A stretch of 64,000 bases of DNA, from positions 19,799 to 83,798 of the forward strand of contig NW_018406461.1 of NCBI RefSeq assembly GCF_002113885.1, in the 5' to 3' direction. This stretch comes from Mizuhopecten yessoensis. Lineage: Eukaryota. Made by a program: the position numbers and the translations under genes. Shown piece by piece: positions 1-12,052 of the stretch (the first letter of the stretch is position 1; every line of letters starts with the position of its first letter). The notes under the pieces were generated by a model. The model searched no databases. It had not been told where the DNA came from and worked only from the letters and a program-made list of their open reading frames with translations.

Positions 1-229
1 CCCCAAGGGCTGTAGGATGGGGCTCAAAGGAGTCAGTGTGCTAATATTTCTTCATTTTCCTTGTTTAGAATCAGAGGTGCTAGTTTCAAATACTTTTTAG
101 TCTGAAATCTGTATGCTAGATATTGAATAAGGTGGTTTTATTGTTTTTTGTCACTTTGAATGTTAAAAACAAAATCAACAATCTGTATAAATATATCAGG
201 TGACCGTTAAGGCCCATGGACCTCTTGTT
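1..229 (+). mobile_element. 3' end of a Helentron-type non-autonomous element (HINE/pearl-like)
   Basis: TCAGGTGACCGTTAA subTIR, GGCCCATGGACC hairpin, CTTGTT terminus. Confidence 0.75.
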
Positions 230-454
230 TTTCTATATTTCCCTTACGCTCTTCCGTATTGTATACCTATTACTTTTTCGACATGTTTTCGTCATTATTT
301 CAATAAGTACAAATTACATGCGTATTCGTTTTAATTATCAGAGTTGCTAGAGCTTTTGAGCTACACATCAAACAAAACTTAATTTAGTATTTGACACTAT
401 ATCCCTAATCAATTTCTTGTAAGAAAACAATTGAGCTACATGCCCTTCACAAGG

Positions 455-560
455 CAGTGCTGGCGGTTGATCGATACTTAGTTAGTGGAATGCAATAGAC
501 ATAGATCAGTTATCGTATTTTCATAATGAAGGACCACGTGACAGGGAGGCATCTATAAAA
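455..560 (+). promoter_or_regulatory. Conserved GPCR core promoter: CAGTGCTG box, E-box CCACGTGAC (CACGTG 535-540), TATAAAA (554-560)
   Basis: Motifs conserved between paralogs A and B whose flanks are otherwise poorly alignable; TATA 52 nt before ATG 606. Confidence 0.65.
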
Positions 561-590
561 GAAGACCATGAGAAAACGTTTGCCCAATGC

Positions 591-1799
591 ATGCTCTGTA
601 TCAAAATGTTTACAACCGAATCTGCACTGGCAATTACTGGAAATAATAATAGTTCAACAAATATTTTCGATGATTATGAAAACATAACTTTAGTGAATAG
701 TAGGAGTGAAAATAATTATTTCGTCATCGATGAGTCAGTGATGGATATTTTGCAGAAAATATTAGCGTGTGGAATCATTCCACCTATGTCTGCCTTTGGA
801 ATCGTTGGTAATATCCTAGCTCTGATCATTTTGATCCGCCGGAAACCTATTAATTCCACTACAGTTGTTCTCATCGCCATCGCAATTGCTGATCTTGCGT
901 TCATAGTTACGACAACTGTCACACTTGCCACCCTGCTTATCAAGGTTTTCTATCCAGAAAACGCGAAGGAGGTCTCGGTAAAAACCATCATTCCTTTCTC
1001 CGTATATCTTGGTCCTCTTCCGGGCAGAATTTCTAACTGGTTAGTGGCTCTTGTTTCGCTGGAACGTCTCATCGCTGTAACGCGTCCCTTCAAAGTGAAA
1101 CAAATATGTACAAAGAAGATAATGATAGTACTGTCGATTGTTCTTCCCTTGTCGGTTGCCGTTCTCACCAGCCCGAAGCTTTGGCTATACGAGATAAAGG
1201 ACGTGACCCTACCTGACGGCAATACAACGAAAATCATTGCTCTCGGTTTTATTGGTCGACAGAAGCAACTTTTCGAAGTCTACTATCTTGTTTCAGAAAC
1301 TCTTTTACGGTTTGTACCTATGGGCGTGATAATCGTTTCCAATACTATTATCATTTTTGTTATCTGCATACAGGCAAAGTGGAGAAGGCAGAAACAAAAT
1401 CATGCTATGGGCAAACAACGACAGATAACAAAAACGCTCCTTACTATCACCTGTATTTTCATCGTCTGTTTGTTACCTTCAACCATTTCACGCCTAATGG
1501 TTCTCTTCGACCCCAACAGCAACCACGTCAAGTACAGTTCAAATGTCTACAGTCTGCTAAGTTTAATTGGACTGCTTACGGAAACCACCAACTCCTCTAT
1601 CAACTTTGTGATCTACGTTACCATGAACAGTGCATACCGTCAACAACTCTATCTTATTTGTGGCAAGAGATGCGGAAATAAAACAATTTCTAAATTTGCT
1701 TCCGCTGCCAACATGAAAAGCAGCAGTCGCGCCACGGATCTTTCTGTGATAGACTTAACTTCAACGTCAACGGAGGACACTGAGGTAGTTCATATGTGA
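591..1799 (+). CDS. Intronless rhodopsin-like (class A) GPCR, FMRFamide-receptor-like/Srw type, paralog A copy 1 (true start probably ATG at 606, MFTTES)
   Basis: Seven hydrophobic segments; TM1 GIVGN, TM2 IAIADL, TM3 SLERLIAV, TM5 RFVP, TM6 FIVCLLP, TM7 NSSINFVIY; N-glycosylation sequons in the N-terminus; open single-exon ORF. Confidence 0.93.
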   Translation: MLCIKMFTTESALAITGNNNSSTNIFDDYENITLVNSRSENNYFVIDESVMDILQKILACGIIPPMSAFGIVGNILALIILIRRKPINSTTVVLIAIAIADLAFIVTTTVTLATLLIKVFYPENAKEVSVKTIIPFSVYLGPLPGRISNWLVALVSLERLIAVTRPFKVKQICTKKIMIVLSIVLPLSVAVLTSPKLWLYEIKDVTLPDGNTTKIIALGFIGRQKQLFEVYYLVSETLLRFVPMGVIIVSNTIIIFVICIQAKWRRQKQNHAMGKQRQITKTLLTITCIFIVCLLPSTISRLMVLFDPNSNHVKYSSNVYSLLSLIGLLTETTNSSINFVIYVTMNSAYRQQLYLICGKRCGNKTISKFASAANMKSSSRATDLSVIDLTSTSTEDTEVVHM

Positions 1800-2147
1800 T
1801 ACTAATTTTCAGTTCGGTTGGTTCAGAATGATATTTCTCGTGAAGGTAAGAAAACTTCCAGATTTATTTAAATGTATAAAAGCCCGACGGTAGGAAAAAA
1901 GTAAAGGACGTCACCGATGATATAACAGATGACATAACAGTGTTAAATACAAATTTGTCGTTTTTTAAAGTAAGAAATGAGAAAATAAAACAAAGAAGAA
2001 TCTCGTCATATATTAATGTTTTTTATCGCAATGTTTTATCAGGTATAAAAGAAAATTGAGGAAAGCGAAATGACCATTTATCTGTTACCGTATGACTATG
2101 TAAAATTATTGTGATTAAGGTCTAAACATCTAACGGTATGGGAGAAA

Positions 2148-2285
2148 AATAATCAATCACTCCTGTGTGATGTAGACAGAGATATCTCAACCCTCGGGCA
2201 AAGCCTCGTGCTAAACCTAAAACAATATTTCACCCTCTGGTTGGGATATCTCTGTCTTCATCAAACAGGAGTGATATATTCTATT
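2148..2285. mobile_element. Palindromic MITE-like element (duplicate near 25457-25595)
   Basis: ~45-bp imperfect inverted arms ATCACTCCTGTGTGATGTAGACAGAGATATCTCAACC / GGTTGGGATATCTCTGTCTTCATCAAACAGGAGTGAT. Confidence 0.7.
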
Positions 2286-4328
2286 AATCGCAAACAATGG
2301 TTCTCAGCATCCCTTCTAAGTGATAATCACACTATACTAAATAGTTGTAAGCAATGTGATCATAAAACTGATAGGGATATCTTAGAAAGTGTTTCAACCT
2401 TGATCTCAAAACGGTTGATATAAATAGAATAACAAATTAATAAGTTACAATGTACAAATATTGTATACATGAATATACATATACCAGTAAAATGTCTTTA
2501 TGCTCACTTGTACATGTACTATACAATTGGCATTGTACTGAATGTTTGTAAACAATGTGACGATGAAACTAATAAGACCATGCTTAACATTGATTCCACT
2601 TTTATTACAATCTAGTTTATATAGATAGATGAAGATAGACAGATTAAGAACCCAGAAAAAGATTTGCCTTGGGCTGAATCAGGTTTTATATCTCAATAAA
2701 CAAGTTGATTAAAATTTATAGAAAACGGAGGGTATTCTACATTTGGTTGTTTTTAATATCATTACAAATATATGAAATTATCTAATATGAATAAGGTATG
2801 CTTTCCTAATAATTCATTATGGACAAGTAACGAGACACATTTAATGCACTATGTAGTTTATTTAAAGAATTGTACACTACTTTAAACCGATTGCATACCC
2901 AGTTTGTTATTGGGAAATATCTTACATGACCAGCATAGTTTATTGATATAATATTCGAACTTTCCCATGTTTCCCACTAAATATTTAATTAATTACAGGT
3001 CACTTTGTGTTGATCTTGAAACATAAAGACTGACCAACAATTCTTCATTTATCAATTGAATTAGCTCCCCTATACTACTGTCTTGAATATTGATATTTAC
3101 ATGTAAACAAATGTTTTCCACGATTTTTGATTTCACTTATTGTAAATACATTATTAAACTAATGCATACAAAGGCATCTTTACATCTATAAGGAGAGCAT
3201 AATTTAAGTCTAGTCCATTTTTCGATCCCTTTCATGTATAATAATAATGTAAAATGAGAACTGGTGTTTGTTGGATGTGTATTACTTACAATGACGGAAG
3301 ACTTTGTAAACTGTTTGACTAGATGTAAACATTAACAGATACAAATGTACATATTTTTGCGGATGCCTCATTTTGCAAAATGTTCACGGCTAAAAAAAAA
3401 CATGAAATGAAAAACCCGCAAACTCTCGGTCTTTTGGAAAAATAACTTCTTAGTACTAATGACCGTTCAAAGTGTTTTGCGAAATTTGAACATGCATTTG
3501 TTTTTAAAAACAAACAACAAAAGGAAAACGAAAACATGTGTCGTGTTAACAAAATCGTAATTCAAATTCTATCTGTGGTCCCTTAAGAAATAGCTAACCT
3601 AGATCCTACCAATTTTTATGATGAAATGATAAATTTCATTAGTTAATAAACATGTATTATTGGTCGACATTGCATGCGCCTGAGTGTAGAATTTTCCCAC
3701 AAGCCAACGCTCTTCCAAAAACTTTTCCGCGAATTTATTTGTCAAATTAATTTAATTGTGTATGTGCTTAAATATTTGCTAGCAGACAAACTTAAAATGG
3801 TGTTTGTAAATCTGTAAAATTCTGATACCACGTGTTAACGATTGATGACGATAGATTGGTGGTTTTGATTGATTAAAATAAGCATCTGGTATAAAGCATA
3901 AAGACGTCAGCGTTAGTTGTTTATCGTCTGTCGACCAAATGGCGACTGAAACTGAAAAGTCATTCTTAAATATATTCAGATTATGTAGACAAAATAGTAG
4001 AGGATCAGAAATGAGAAATACTCACAGTTTGCTGTTAAACACAAAGGCGTCACGTAATGAATGTTTGCATGCGCAGAAGAAAAGAGTAATCTAAATAATT
4101 AGAATATCTAGGTCACTTTGCTTATTATAGGCGTATAGACACTCAAGTAGACGAGACAAAGACTTGTATTACACTTCACTATGAAGAACAGATACGAACA
4201 GCATAATAATGTTTCTATAATAGTGTGGAGTATTACTCGGGATTTAAAAAATAAATAAAATATCATTGTTCATTCTCGTTAAATATTTCACTATAATACA
4301 CGCACATATGTTGATTATTTCTTAATTA

Positions 4329-4745
4329 AACCAGATGTTCCGGAGGGGCAAGTATCCGCGATGTAAAATATGGTCATATATAAAAATATCTTATAAAGAA
4401 AATTAGAATCGGGTTATCACAACAAAACCATTAACCTCACTGATGAGCGAAATAAAAGACATCGAAATTAATATCACGCAAGAAAATAGAATAGTTCCTT
4501 ATGACATCATGATGACCTTGTCCGTAGTCTTGGTCACCCTGTATCTCTGGATACCCAATGGTGTATGTTTATCCGTCAGCATTCACCACAAAAACAGTAA
4601 CAATTGCTGAAAGCCTATGAATATCAAACTAACAGCGACCAGTTATCACTGTATGTAGGGAAAGCAGCGATGATACTATCAAGAAAAGGAAGGTTAAAAA
4701 TAGGAAAACTGAAATTGGCACGCTTCCAGTTAGTCATGTTATAAG
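4329..4745 (-). mobile_element. Decayed Penelope-like element relic (duplicate near 27910-28340)
   Basis: Minus-strand translation KRANFSFPIFNLPFLDSIIAAFPTY resembles the PLE motif KRDDFNFPIVNFPFLSSNIP..PAY (recalled, not searched). Confidence 0.45.
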
Positions 4746-5914
4746 TAACGATCGAAACAAACTCGTTCACAAGAACGACTCTGATCAAAATTTGACAATA
4801 AAGTCGTTTCCGAGCTGACAACGAAACCTGTCATTATCTTCTTAAACAAATTATCACCAGCTACCCAGATTTCACTTAGTTTATATAAAACGTTTAAGGG
4901 CCAACTTCAAAACCTTTTGAAGTTTTTAAATTTTTCGAGTAGTTCCCCCCTCCCCCCAACAAAACATAAACAAACAACAACAACAAAAAATAACAAAAAA
5001 AAATCACTTCGAAATATCCATGAAAATTTTCCCCTGCCGCTGCATTTGCACATTGTATTGAAAACTTTGCTAGCACAGAATGTTGAGCACAATTATTCTG
5101 GTATCCCCTCCAGTGTTCGTCCGGGTGTCATTCAAGGCTATTTTTGGATTGCTATGCTAGTTACTCGTGTAAGCGTGTAGTCGATGCTAAGGTCGATTTT
5201 ACATAGATGGAACTGGAATAAGACAATGTTTTTTTTTCCGTTCGTAAGTAGTATATATTTAAAGCCTTATTAATATATCCGTTATTATTCCGACAAAACT
5301 GTTTGCTATTATTCCTAATATAATTGTCTCCTAGTAGAGACATACACAGCTGTTATGATTCAGACAAACTAAATCATATGTAATAACGGCAGTATGTTGC
5401 AATGGAGACAGTTGAATCGAACAAACCAATATTTGTTTGAAGTGTATTGTTTAAATCGATAAATAAACAGAGACGTTGTAGCAACAGTACAAACTATATC
5501 ATTTGTACTATTTTCGATGAAACCAAACCCTTTGTCAAGGCATAAACATCAAATAATTACAACACTCTAATCTCAAAGGTTTATTTTATTGTTAGTGACT
5601 CTAAGCTTTTTCACTTTTCATGTATTTAATTTTATATAAACCTTACATTTAATATCATTATGTCATTGTTCTAACATGTAAATATAGATATAACGATAAG
5701 ATTTATTTCATGGTCACAAAAGGGAAAAACCTGGAAGGAACCGAGTTTTATGCAGCTTTGAAAATGAAATTGAATTAAATTAATCAGTTTTCGAAATGAT
5801 TCTTTTTTCGAGCTTTATGCAAAAAAAACCACTTACATCTTAACAGTTTATTTAACAAATTATGTCCAAATCATTGTATTGGAAGAAAGCTGAAGTGATC
5901 GCCAAACCCTTTAC

Positions 5915-6144
5915 AATAATAATAATAATAATAATTGGAGGTTCTTATCTACTGCTTTATCACAACCTAGTTCGTACGTCGTCTCAAAGCAGTTCACAAA
6001 TTATTATCCGTGGTTATAGAGCCTCTGCAACTAGCCAGTACATTTCTCAACTCCCTGGGGAGCAAATAGACCGAGCTGCCATTTCGTCGCTAACAGCTAG
6101 CATTCAACAAGCCCTGCGTCCTACCACTGGACTACCGTGCCTCC
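5915..6144 (-). mobile_element. Same SINE insertion as 29757-30110 with an internal ~128-bp deletion
   Basis: Junction CATTCAACAA|GCCC with ACAA microhomology. Confidence 0.8.
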
Positions 6145-6149
6145 TAAGC

Positions 6150-6256
6150 CAGTGCTGACGGGCGATCGATAATCTATAAGAGGAATTCATTCGATGTGCA
6201 TAAATCGATCTTGTTTTCATTACATAAAACCACGTGACAGGGAAGATTCTATAAAA
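6150..6256 (+). promoter_or_regulatory. Conserved GPCR core promoter (CACGTG 6231-6236, TATAAAA 6250-6256)
   Basis: CCACGTGACAGGGA..TATAAAAG; TATA 51 nt before ATG 6301. Confidence 0.65.
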
Positions 6257-6300
6257 GAGAACCCAATGCGTTTACTATATCAGTCCATATTAGATTAACA

Positions 6301-7539
6301 ATGTTTACAACAGAATCTTCAATAGCCTTTGCTGGAAATGAGAATAGTACAACAAATTCAACTAATGTTTTCGGTAATTACGAAAACTCGACAACCGTGA
6401 GTACTGAAGCTGGTTCCAGCAGAAGTAATTATTACGTCATAGATCAGTCAGTGATGGATATTTTTAAGAAAATACTGGTGTGTGGAATCATTCCGCCTAT
6501 GTCTGCCTTTGGAATCGTTGGTAATATACTGGCTCTGCTTATTTTGATCCGCCGGAAACCTATTAATTCTACTACAGTTGTTCTGATCGCCATCGCAATT
6601 GCTGATCTTGCGTTCATTGCTACGACAATTGTCAATGTTGTCTCCCTGCTCATCAGGATTTACTACCCAGAAAACGCAAAGGAGGTAACAATGAAAATAA
6701 TCATTCCTTTCTCCGTATATCTTAGTCCTCTTCCAGGCAGAATTTCTAACTGGTTAGTGGCTCTTGTTTCGCTGGAACGTCTCATCGCTGTAACGCGTCC
6801 CTTCAAAGTGAAACAGATATGTACAAAGAAGTTAATGATAGTACTGTCGATTGTTCTTCCCTTGTCGGTTGCCATTCTCACCAGCCCGAAGCTTTGGTTA
6901 TACGAGGTAAAGGACGTGACCCTACCTGACGGTAATGTGACGAAGATCATTGCTCTCGGTTTTATTGGTCGACAGAAGCAGCTCTTCGAAGTGTACTATC
7001 TTGTTTCTGAAACTCTATTACGGTTTGTACCTATGGGCGTGATAATCGTTTCCAATGCTGTCATCATTTGTGTTACCTGCATACAGGCAAAGTGGAGAAG
7101 GCACAAACAAAACTATGTCATAGGTAAACCGTCCACCGACGAGAGACAGATAACAAAGACGCTCCTTACCATCACCTGTATTTTTATCGTCTGTTTGTTA
7201 CCTTCAACCATTTCACGCCTAATGGTTCTCTTCGACGCCAACAGCACTTACTATAAGTACAGTTCAAATGTTCCCAGTCTGCTAAATTTTATTGGGCTAC
7301 TTACGGAAACCACCAACTCGTCTATCAACTTTGTGATCTACGTTACCATGAACAGTGCATACCGTCGACAACTCTATCTTATTTGCGGCAAGAGGTTCAA
7401 AACGAAAGCCATTTCTAATACCGTTTTCAATTCCGTTGCCGGTTCCGCCACATCCGTTCATAAAGGACAAAACTCCCATATAAATCTTTCTACAACCGAT
7501 TTGTCAACGGTGGAGAGCAGTGGGGATATTCACATGTAA
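6301..7539 (+). CDS. Intronless class A GPCR, FMRFamide-receptor-like/Srw type, paralog B copy 1
   Basis: Same 7TM motifs as paralog A; different N- and C-termini, ECL1, ICL3 and ECL3. Confidence 0.93.
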   Translation: MFTTESSIAFAGNENSTTNSTNVFGNYENSTTVSTEAGSSRSNYYVIDQSVMDIFKKILVCGIIPPMSAFGIVGNILALLILIRRKPINSTTVVLIAIAIADLAFIATTIVNVVSLLIRIYYPENAKEVTMKIIIPFSVYLSPLPGRISNWLVALVSLERLIAVTRPFKVKQICTKKLMIVLSIVLPLSVAILTSPKLWLYEVKDVTLPDGNVTKIIALGFIGRQKQLFEVYYLVSETLLRFVPMGVIIVSNAVIICVTCIQAKWRRHKQNYVIGKPSTDERQITKTLLTITCIFIVCLLPSTISRLMVLFDANSTYYKYSSNVPSLLNFIGLLTETTNSSINFVIYVTMNSAYRRQLYLICGKRFKTKAISNTVFNSVAGSATSVHKGQNSHINLSTTDLSTVESSGDIHM

Positions 7540-9847
7540 CGTTGATTGTTGGGTTTTTCGTTAGAAATATTTTCCAAAGTGGCAAGAAAATGTCGTTATG
7601 TATTTGAAAACAAGCCGACGGCAAAAGACAGAAGTGAACAAAACTCTATGTGCTCGACAATAGCAGCGGGATATTAGGGAGAAGTTACTAAGTATGTATT
7701 GAAAAGTATGTTATTTTCTTTTAAAATGTATGACGTTAAATCAAATAAAAATGAAATCTTGATTTTTAACTGTTATTGTTTACCTCAATGAATTTCTCGT
7801 TGTTTTATCATTGTTGATACATGTACTATAAATAACAGACAATTCCTTAAAACAAAGCGATAACTTAATTTAGTATTATCTATACGGTGCGATTCATCAA
7901 TAACTTACCGATTTCCAATGAAAGATGCTAGTGGATTTATGTGTGTGTGAATCATGTTAATATATGTTATAATAACCTTGTCAGTCCGGACAATTTGGTA
8001 TCCCGTTATAATTATTTCGGGTATATTGAGTTATTAATTTCTCCGTCATAGTCGACTGATTAGTGTCTACTTCCGTTTTATTTTACCGCTTTGTTTATTT
8101 CTATGTCAAATCCATCATTCATAGCAACAATAAATGACGAAATAACGTTTCTTAAACTCGAAGTTACATGTTTTGTCACATTTGTTTGTGGAAAATGATC
8201 GTAAATATTATGCGTCCCGGGATCACATTTCTCCGATGATCGCATACCCCTTACCCGATGACAATCGACCCAAATCTAATGTGAAAAAACCGTCCCAAAT
8301 TCCAACACTTTTGTGTGCCGATGACAGTTAAATTGCGGATAGACAAAGTTGTCAGAGCGCTAACCTATATCTTAACCGAGTTGATGAATCTTTTGACCAT
8401 GGCGATATCGCACTTTCTTTACCTTAACTAATCAACAATTAGTCCTAGATCAACCTTAAATAATGTCACCAACAGACAGATCATCCCCTTCCTTTACAAG
8501 GGCCTATTTTTAAATTTGTTTTGAGATGTGTTTGGTTTTAATCTCACTCATTAACAAGTCCAGACTCCCACACCGTACGCCACTGTATACTTTAAAAAGT
8601 TAGAAATAGTTGCCTTAAGGATCGCTGCATTCATGAAACCATGTATGCCCCTCGTCGTCCTTATTTTTGTAATAAATTACCATTTGAATTAAATGCGATG
8701 ATATGCATGATCAGCCGAGTGATATAAGTAGTAATGTGTGAAAATTGTATTATGGAGTCTGGTGCCTATCAACAAGTGAAGTGATTCGGAGTTTCGACAT
8801 TAAAAAACAAAAGTTTATACAGAACTAGATTTTTTTCTTTAGGTAGAAATTTACAATTTACAACATTTAACATCGATTTATAGAAGAGTATCGCCATTAA
8901 AAATATTAAATGACAAAAAAATATGATAGCAACAAAAATAAAAATCCTTGCTACATCAGTATTCTACAATGAAAGATTAAAGATTTGATATTTGTATACA
9001 TCACAAGTATCGAACACGTACTGGAATTACCGTTATCCCTCTATTTGTTGTTTTCACATTTGACAGTTTTTGTTGTCTTTGGACCAGCCACAGTTGTACA
9101 GGTAATCACTAGATTACTAGCATTAAACTCATGTTTGGACGAACATCGGATAACACACGCACATAAATACTGATCGATCCATGCCCACTTAATAAAATCC
9201 ATTTAACTTCAATTAACTACTGAAGTTTGAATCCTTTACTATCCCTTGATATTCAGGAAGTGGCTATCCGTAACATAGTGTGTAATTGAGATTTAATGCA
9301 GATGTGTATTTAGGATGTATTTCGTACAAAGCTTTCACATCATTTTTGTTATTGCTTTCGCAGATGTTTCGTTTACGCGATTTGCGCTACCTGAAATAAT
9401 ATACGAAATATCAACCTGGCGAATTTGTTGCTATTCGAATCGAGTAAGCTAGAATCAAAGTGCCGTTGGCACTCAGGGATGCTGTGTATGAAGGATTCTA
9501 ATAATAGAATAAAGGAGGTAGTATATCAGTACAGAATGGCAGTAAATAATAAAGAACATGTTTTTGAGTAAGGGTCGTAATTTAATAGCCCATCCCTTAA
9601 TCATTATTTTCAATGAAATATATATAACAAGCAGAGTATTGCTAAAACAATTGAAACTTGTCTGATATTATGGTCCTTTATTAGATTTTCAAATTGATGG
9701 AAATCCTTCAAGGAATGAAGCTGCTTTAGCAGCAGACAATGATCTTTTTGAAAATAGTAACAGTGACCTTGACCAGACAACCCTGCAAACCAAAATTGTC
9801 CCGTAAGATTCTGCAGTGGCGGATTCAGTGTAGTTTTTGGACTTCAG

Positions 9848-10240
9848 TGGTCCGTCGTCCGTCCGTTGTCCGTCCGTCGTCCGTCGTCCGTCGTCCGTCC
9901 GTAAACAATTCTTGTTATCGGTATTTCTCAAGAAGTACCAGAGGGATCCTTCTCAAATTTTATATGCAGGTTCCCCTTGATCCTAAGCTGTGCAGGGCAA
10001 CTTTTGGGACTGATCGGATAAACAACCTGGCCGACAGGTAGCCATCTTGGATTTTGATAGTGAAAGTCTTTCATACTTATCAGTATTAAGTTTAGATCAA
10101 AAGTTACCTCAAGGTGCATTTACTGTTAACATGACTCGATCAAACAGATTAGAGGAAAGAAGAGTAAAGATCGAACTGACAAAGAACTAATGAAGATGGT
10201 ACAAAAGTGGGCGCCAAGATCCCTCTGGGATCTCTTGTTT
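9848..10240 (+). mobile_element. 5'-truncated HINE-like element (same family as 33505-34132)
   Basis: (CCGT)n tract, one core unit, 3' AGATCCC-TCT-GGGATCT hairpin and CTTGTTT. Confidence 0.75.
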
Positions 10241-10914
10241 CATTTACCAGAACTCCTACTTCCATACTCTTCACCCGCAAAAAATGACCAAACGCCTTGT
10301 AATTATCAATCAATACCAAACGATCTGATCACGTAATGATATCATCAGACAGTAGACTCAGTAACGAGGATATTGAACCGCACGTTTTCAGACAGTGGGA
10401 AAATGGTTTTGAAACGTTTATATTAACGAATATCCAACGAAAATGGCGCAATGTGCAAATGGCGTGTGAAATCAACACGGCCAATAACCATGGTCATAAA
10501 TGAATAAACATTTTTTTTTTTTCTTTTTCATTTCGTAATCGAAATGTGTTAATTGGTACGGAAACTTCTTTATCAATTGGTTACCTGAGAGCTTTCGTCA
10601 TGCAAATGACGACGAATACAGCTGAAAGGTTTAATGAAGGGAATTGACGTGTCATAGAAAGTGTTATCATTATCTCGTTTGTTAGATAATTGTGTCTTCA
10701 AAGATGTGTACTGGGATGACACCAATATCCAATGTGAAGTAATCAATTATCGTTACAAAAACGGTTCTAATGAAATCTTAAAAGTGATCTGGTCTGCGAT
10801 TCTTTTTTATAGCGTTTCAAAATGCTGTCAAAGTTATTGCAGGCAAGTATTCGTTTTTAATTGTACGCACGAATAGTTTTTATATTTTTTACCACTAAAT
10901 ATTTTTGCTAATTA

Positions 10915-11245
10915 AAAAAGTTACAATTTGTCATGAAACAGTTACAGTTTGTCACTAAATAGTTACAGTATGTTGGTAAATAAGTTGCTGAATCTAACCA
11001 GTAATAGTTTTTATAGTTTATTACAAAATAGTTTGTTACATATAACCAGAAATGGTTGTTATAGTTACTTTCGAAATAGATACAGTTTATCACAAAATAA
11101 TTTGCTACATGTAACCAGTAAAAGTTGTTATAGTTGATTACGAAATGGTTACAGTTTATTACTGAATAGTTTGTTACATGTATTAAGTAACAGTTTTTAT
11201 AGTTTATTACAAAAAAAGATTGTTACATGGAACCATTAAAAGTCG
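10915..11245. repeat. Degenerate AT-rich minisatellite (~20-bp GTTACAGTTT..AAATA subunits)
   Basis: Recurrent GTTACA / TAGTT motifs; related sequence continues after the LINE insertion. Confidence 0.6.
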
Positions 11246-11260
11246 TTAAATAGAATTTAA

Positions 11261-12052
11261 CATGAGCGAGGGAAATCAAGTGTTATGCCCGAAGAACACA
11301 AATCCTCCTTTCGTGAATGCATTTCGAATTACCCTTCTTATACACAACTTTACACCGATGGTTCCAAAGAAGGTGAGAAAGCGGCAGCAGCCTGCCGTAC
11401 TGCTAATACTTGCACTTCAGTCCGACTACCAGAAGGCGCCTCAATCTTTTCTCCTGAAGCATGCGCCATTGGTTTGGCCCTCGACCATATCGATGAACAC
11501 CGAATTAAAAAGGCAATTATTTGTTCAGACTCTCTATCTGCCATACTGGGCACACATATCCTACTCATTCTTACCTTTTAAACCGTGAAGATCTATCTTC
11601 ATGCCACGCATGTGACACTCCATTTACAGTGGAATTTTTTTTAATAGAATGTTTCGATTTAAAAAAAAATTCGTGATAACTACTTTCGAGTCCCGGATAT
11701 CAAAACTCTTTTCAGTTCCCTGGACTCGAAGGCATTATTTAACTATTTGAAAGACATCGGTCTATTTTATAGACTCTGATGTCTTTTAACCCACCTTACC
11801 CTTTTTGACGTTATATATATATCACATATTCCATATCATCTTTTCGTTATCTCTTTTATTATTTTTCCCCCTTTTTATTTTTTATTATATACACATACAA
11901 TGCGAATGCTTTTAAAATGAACCATTTTATCTGATTTTATCTTCGCTACTCGCATGTTTATTAAAAAAATAAGATAAATAAATAAATCACCATGACCCTA
12001 AATGACCACAGCCGTCGCTGGGCCGTTAAACATAAATAAACAAACAAACAAA
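11261..12052 (+). mobile_element. 5'-truncated, internally deleted copy of the Nimb/I LINE
   Basis: Matches ~59912-61068 with a ~358-bp deletion at 11540/11541; (AAAC)n tail. Confidence 0.9.

Noticed and set aside
716-1681. Antisense and alternate-frame ORFs recurring in all four GPCR genes
   Set aside because: Shadows of the duplicated GPCR coding sequence; recurrence is explained by nucleotide identity
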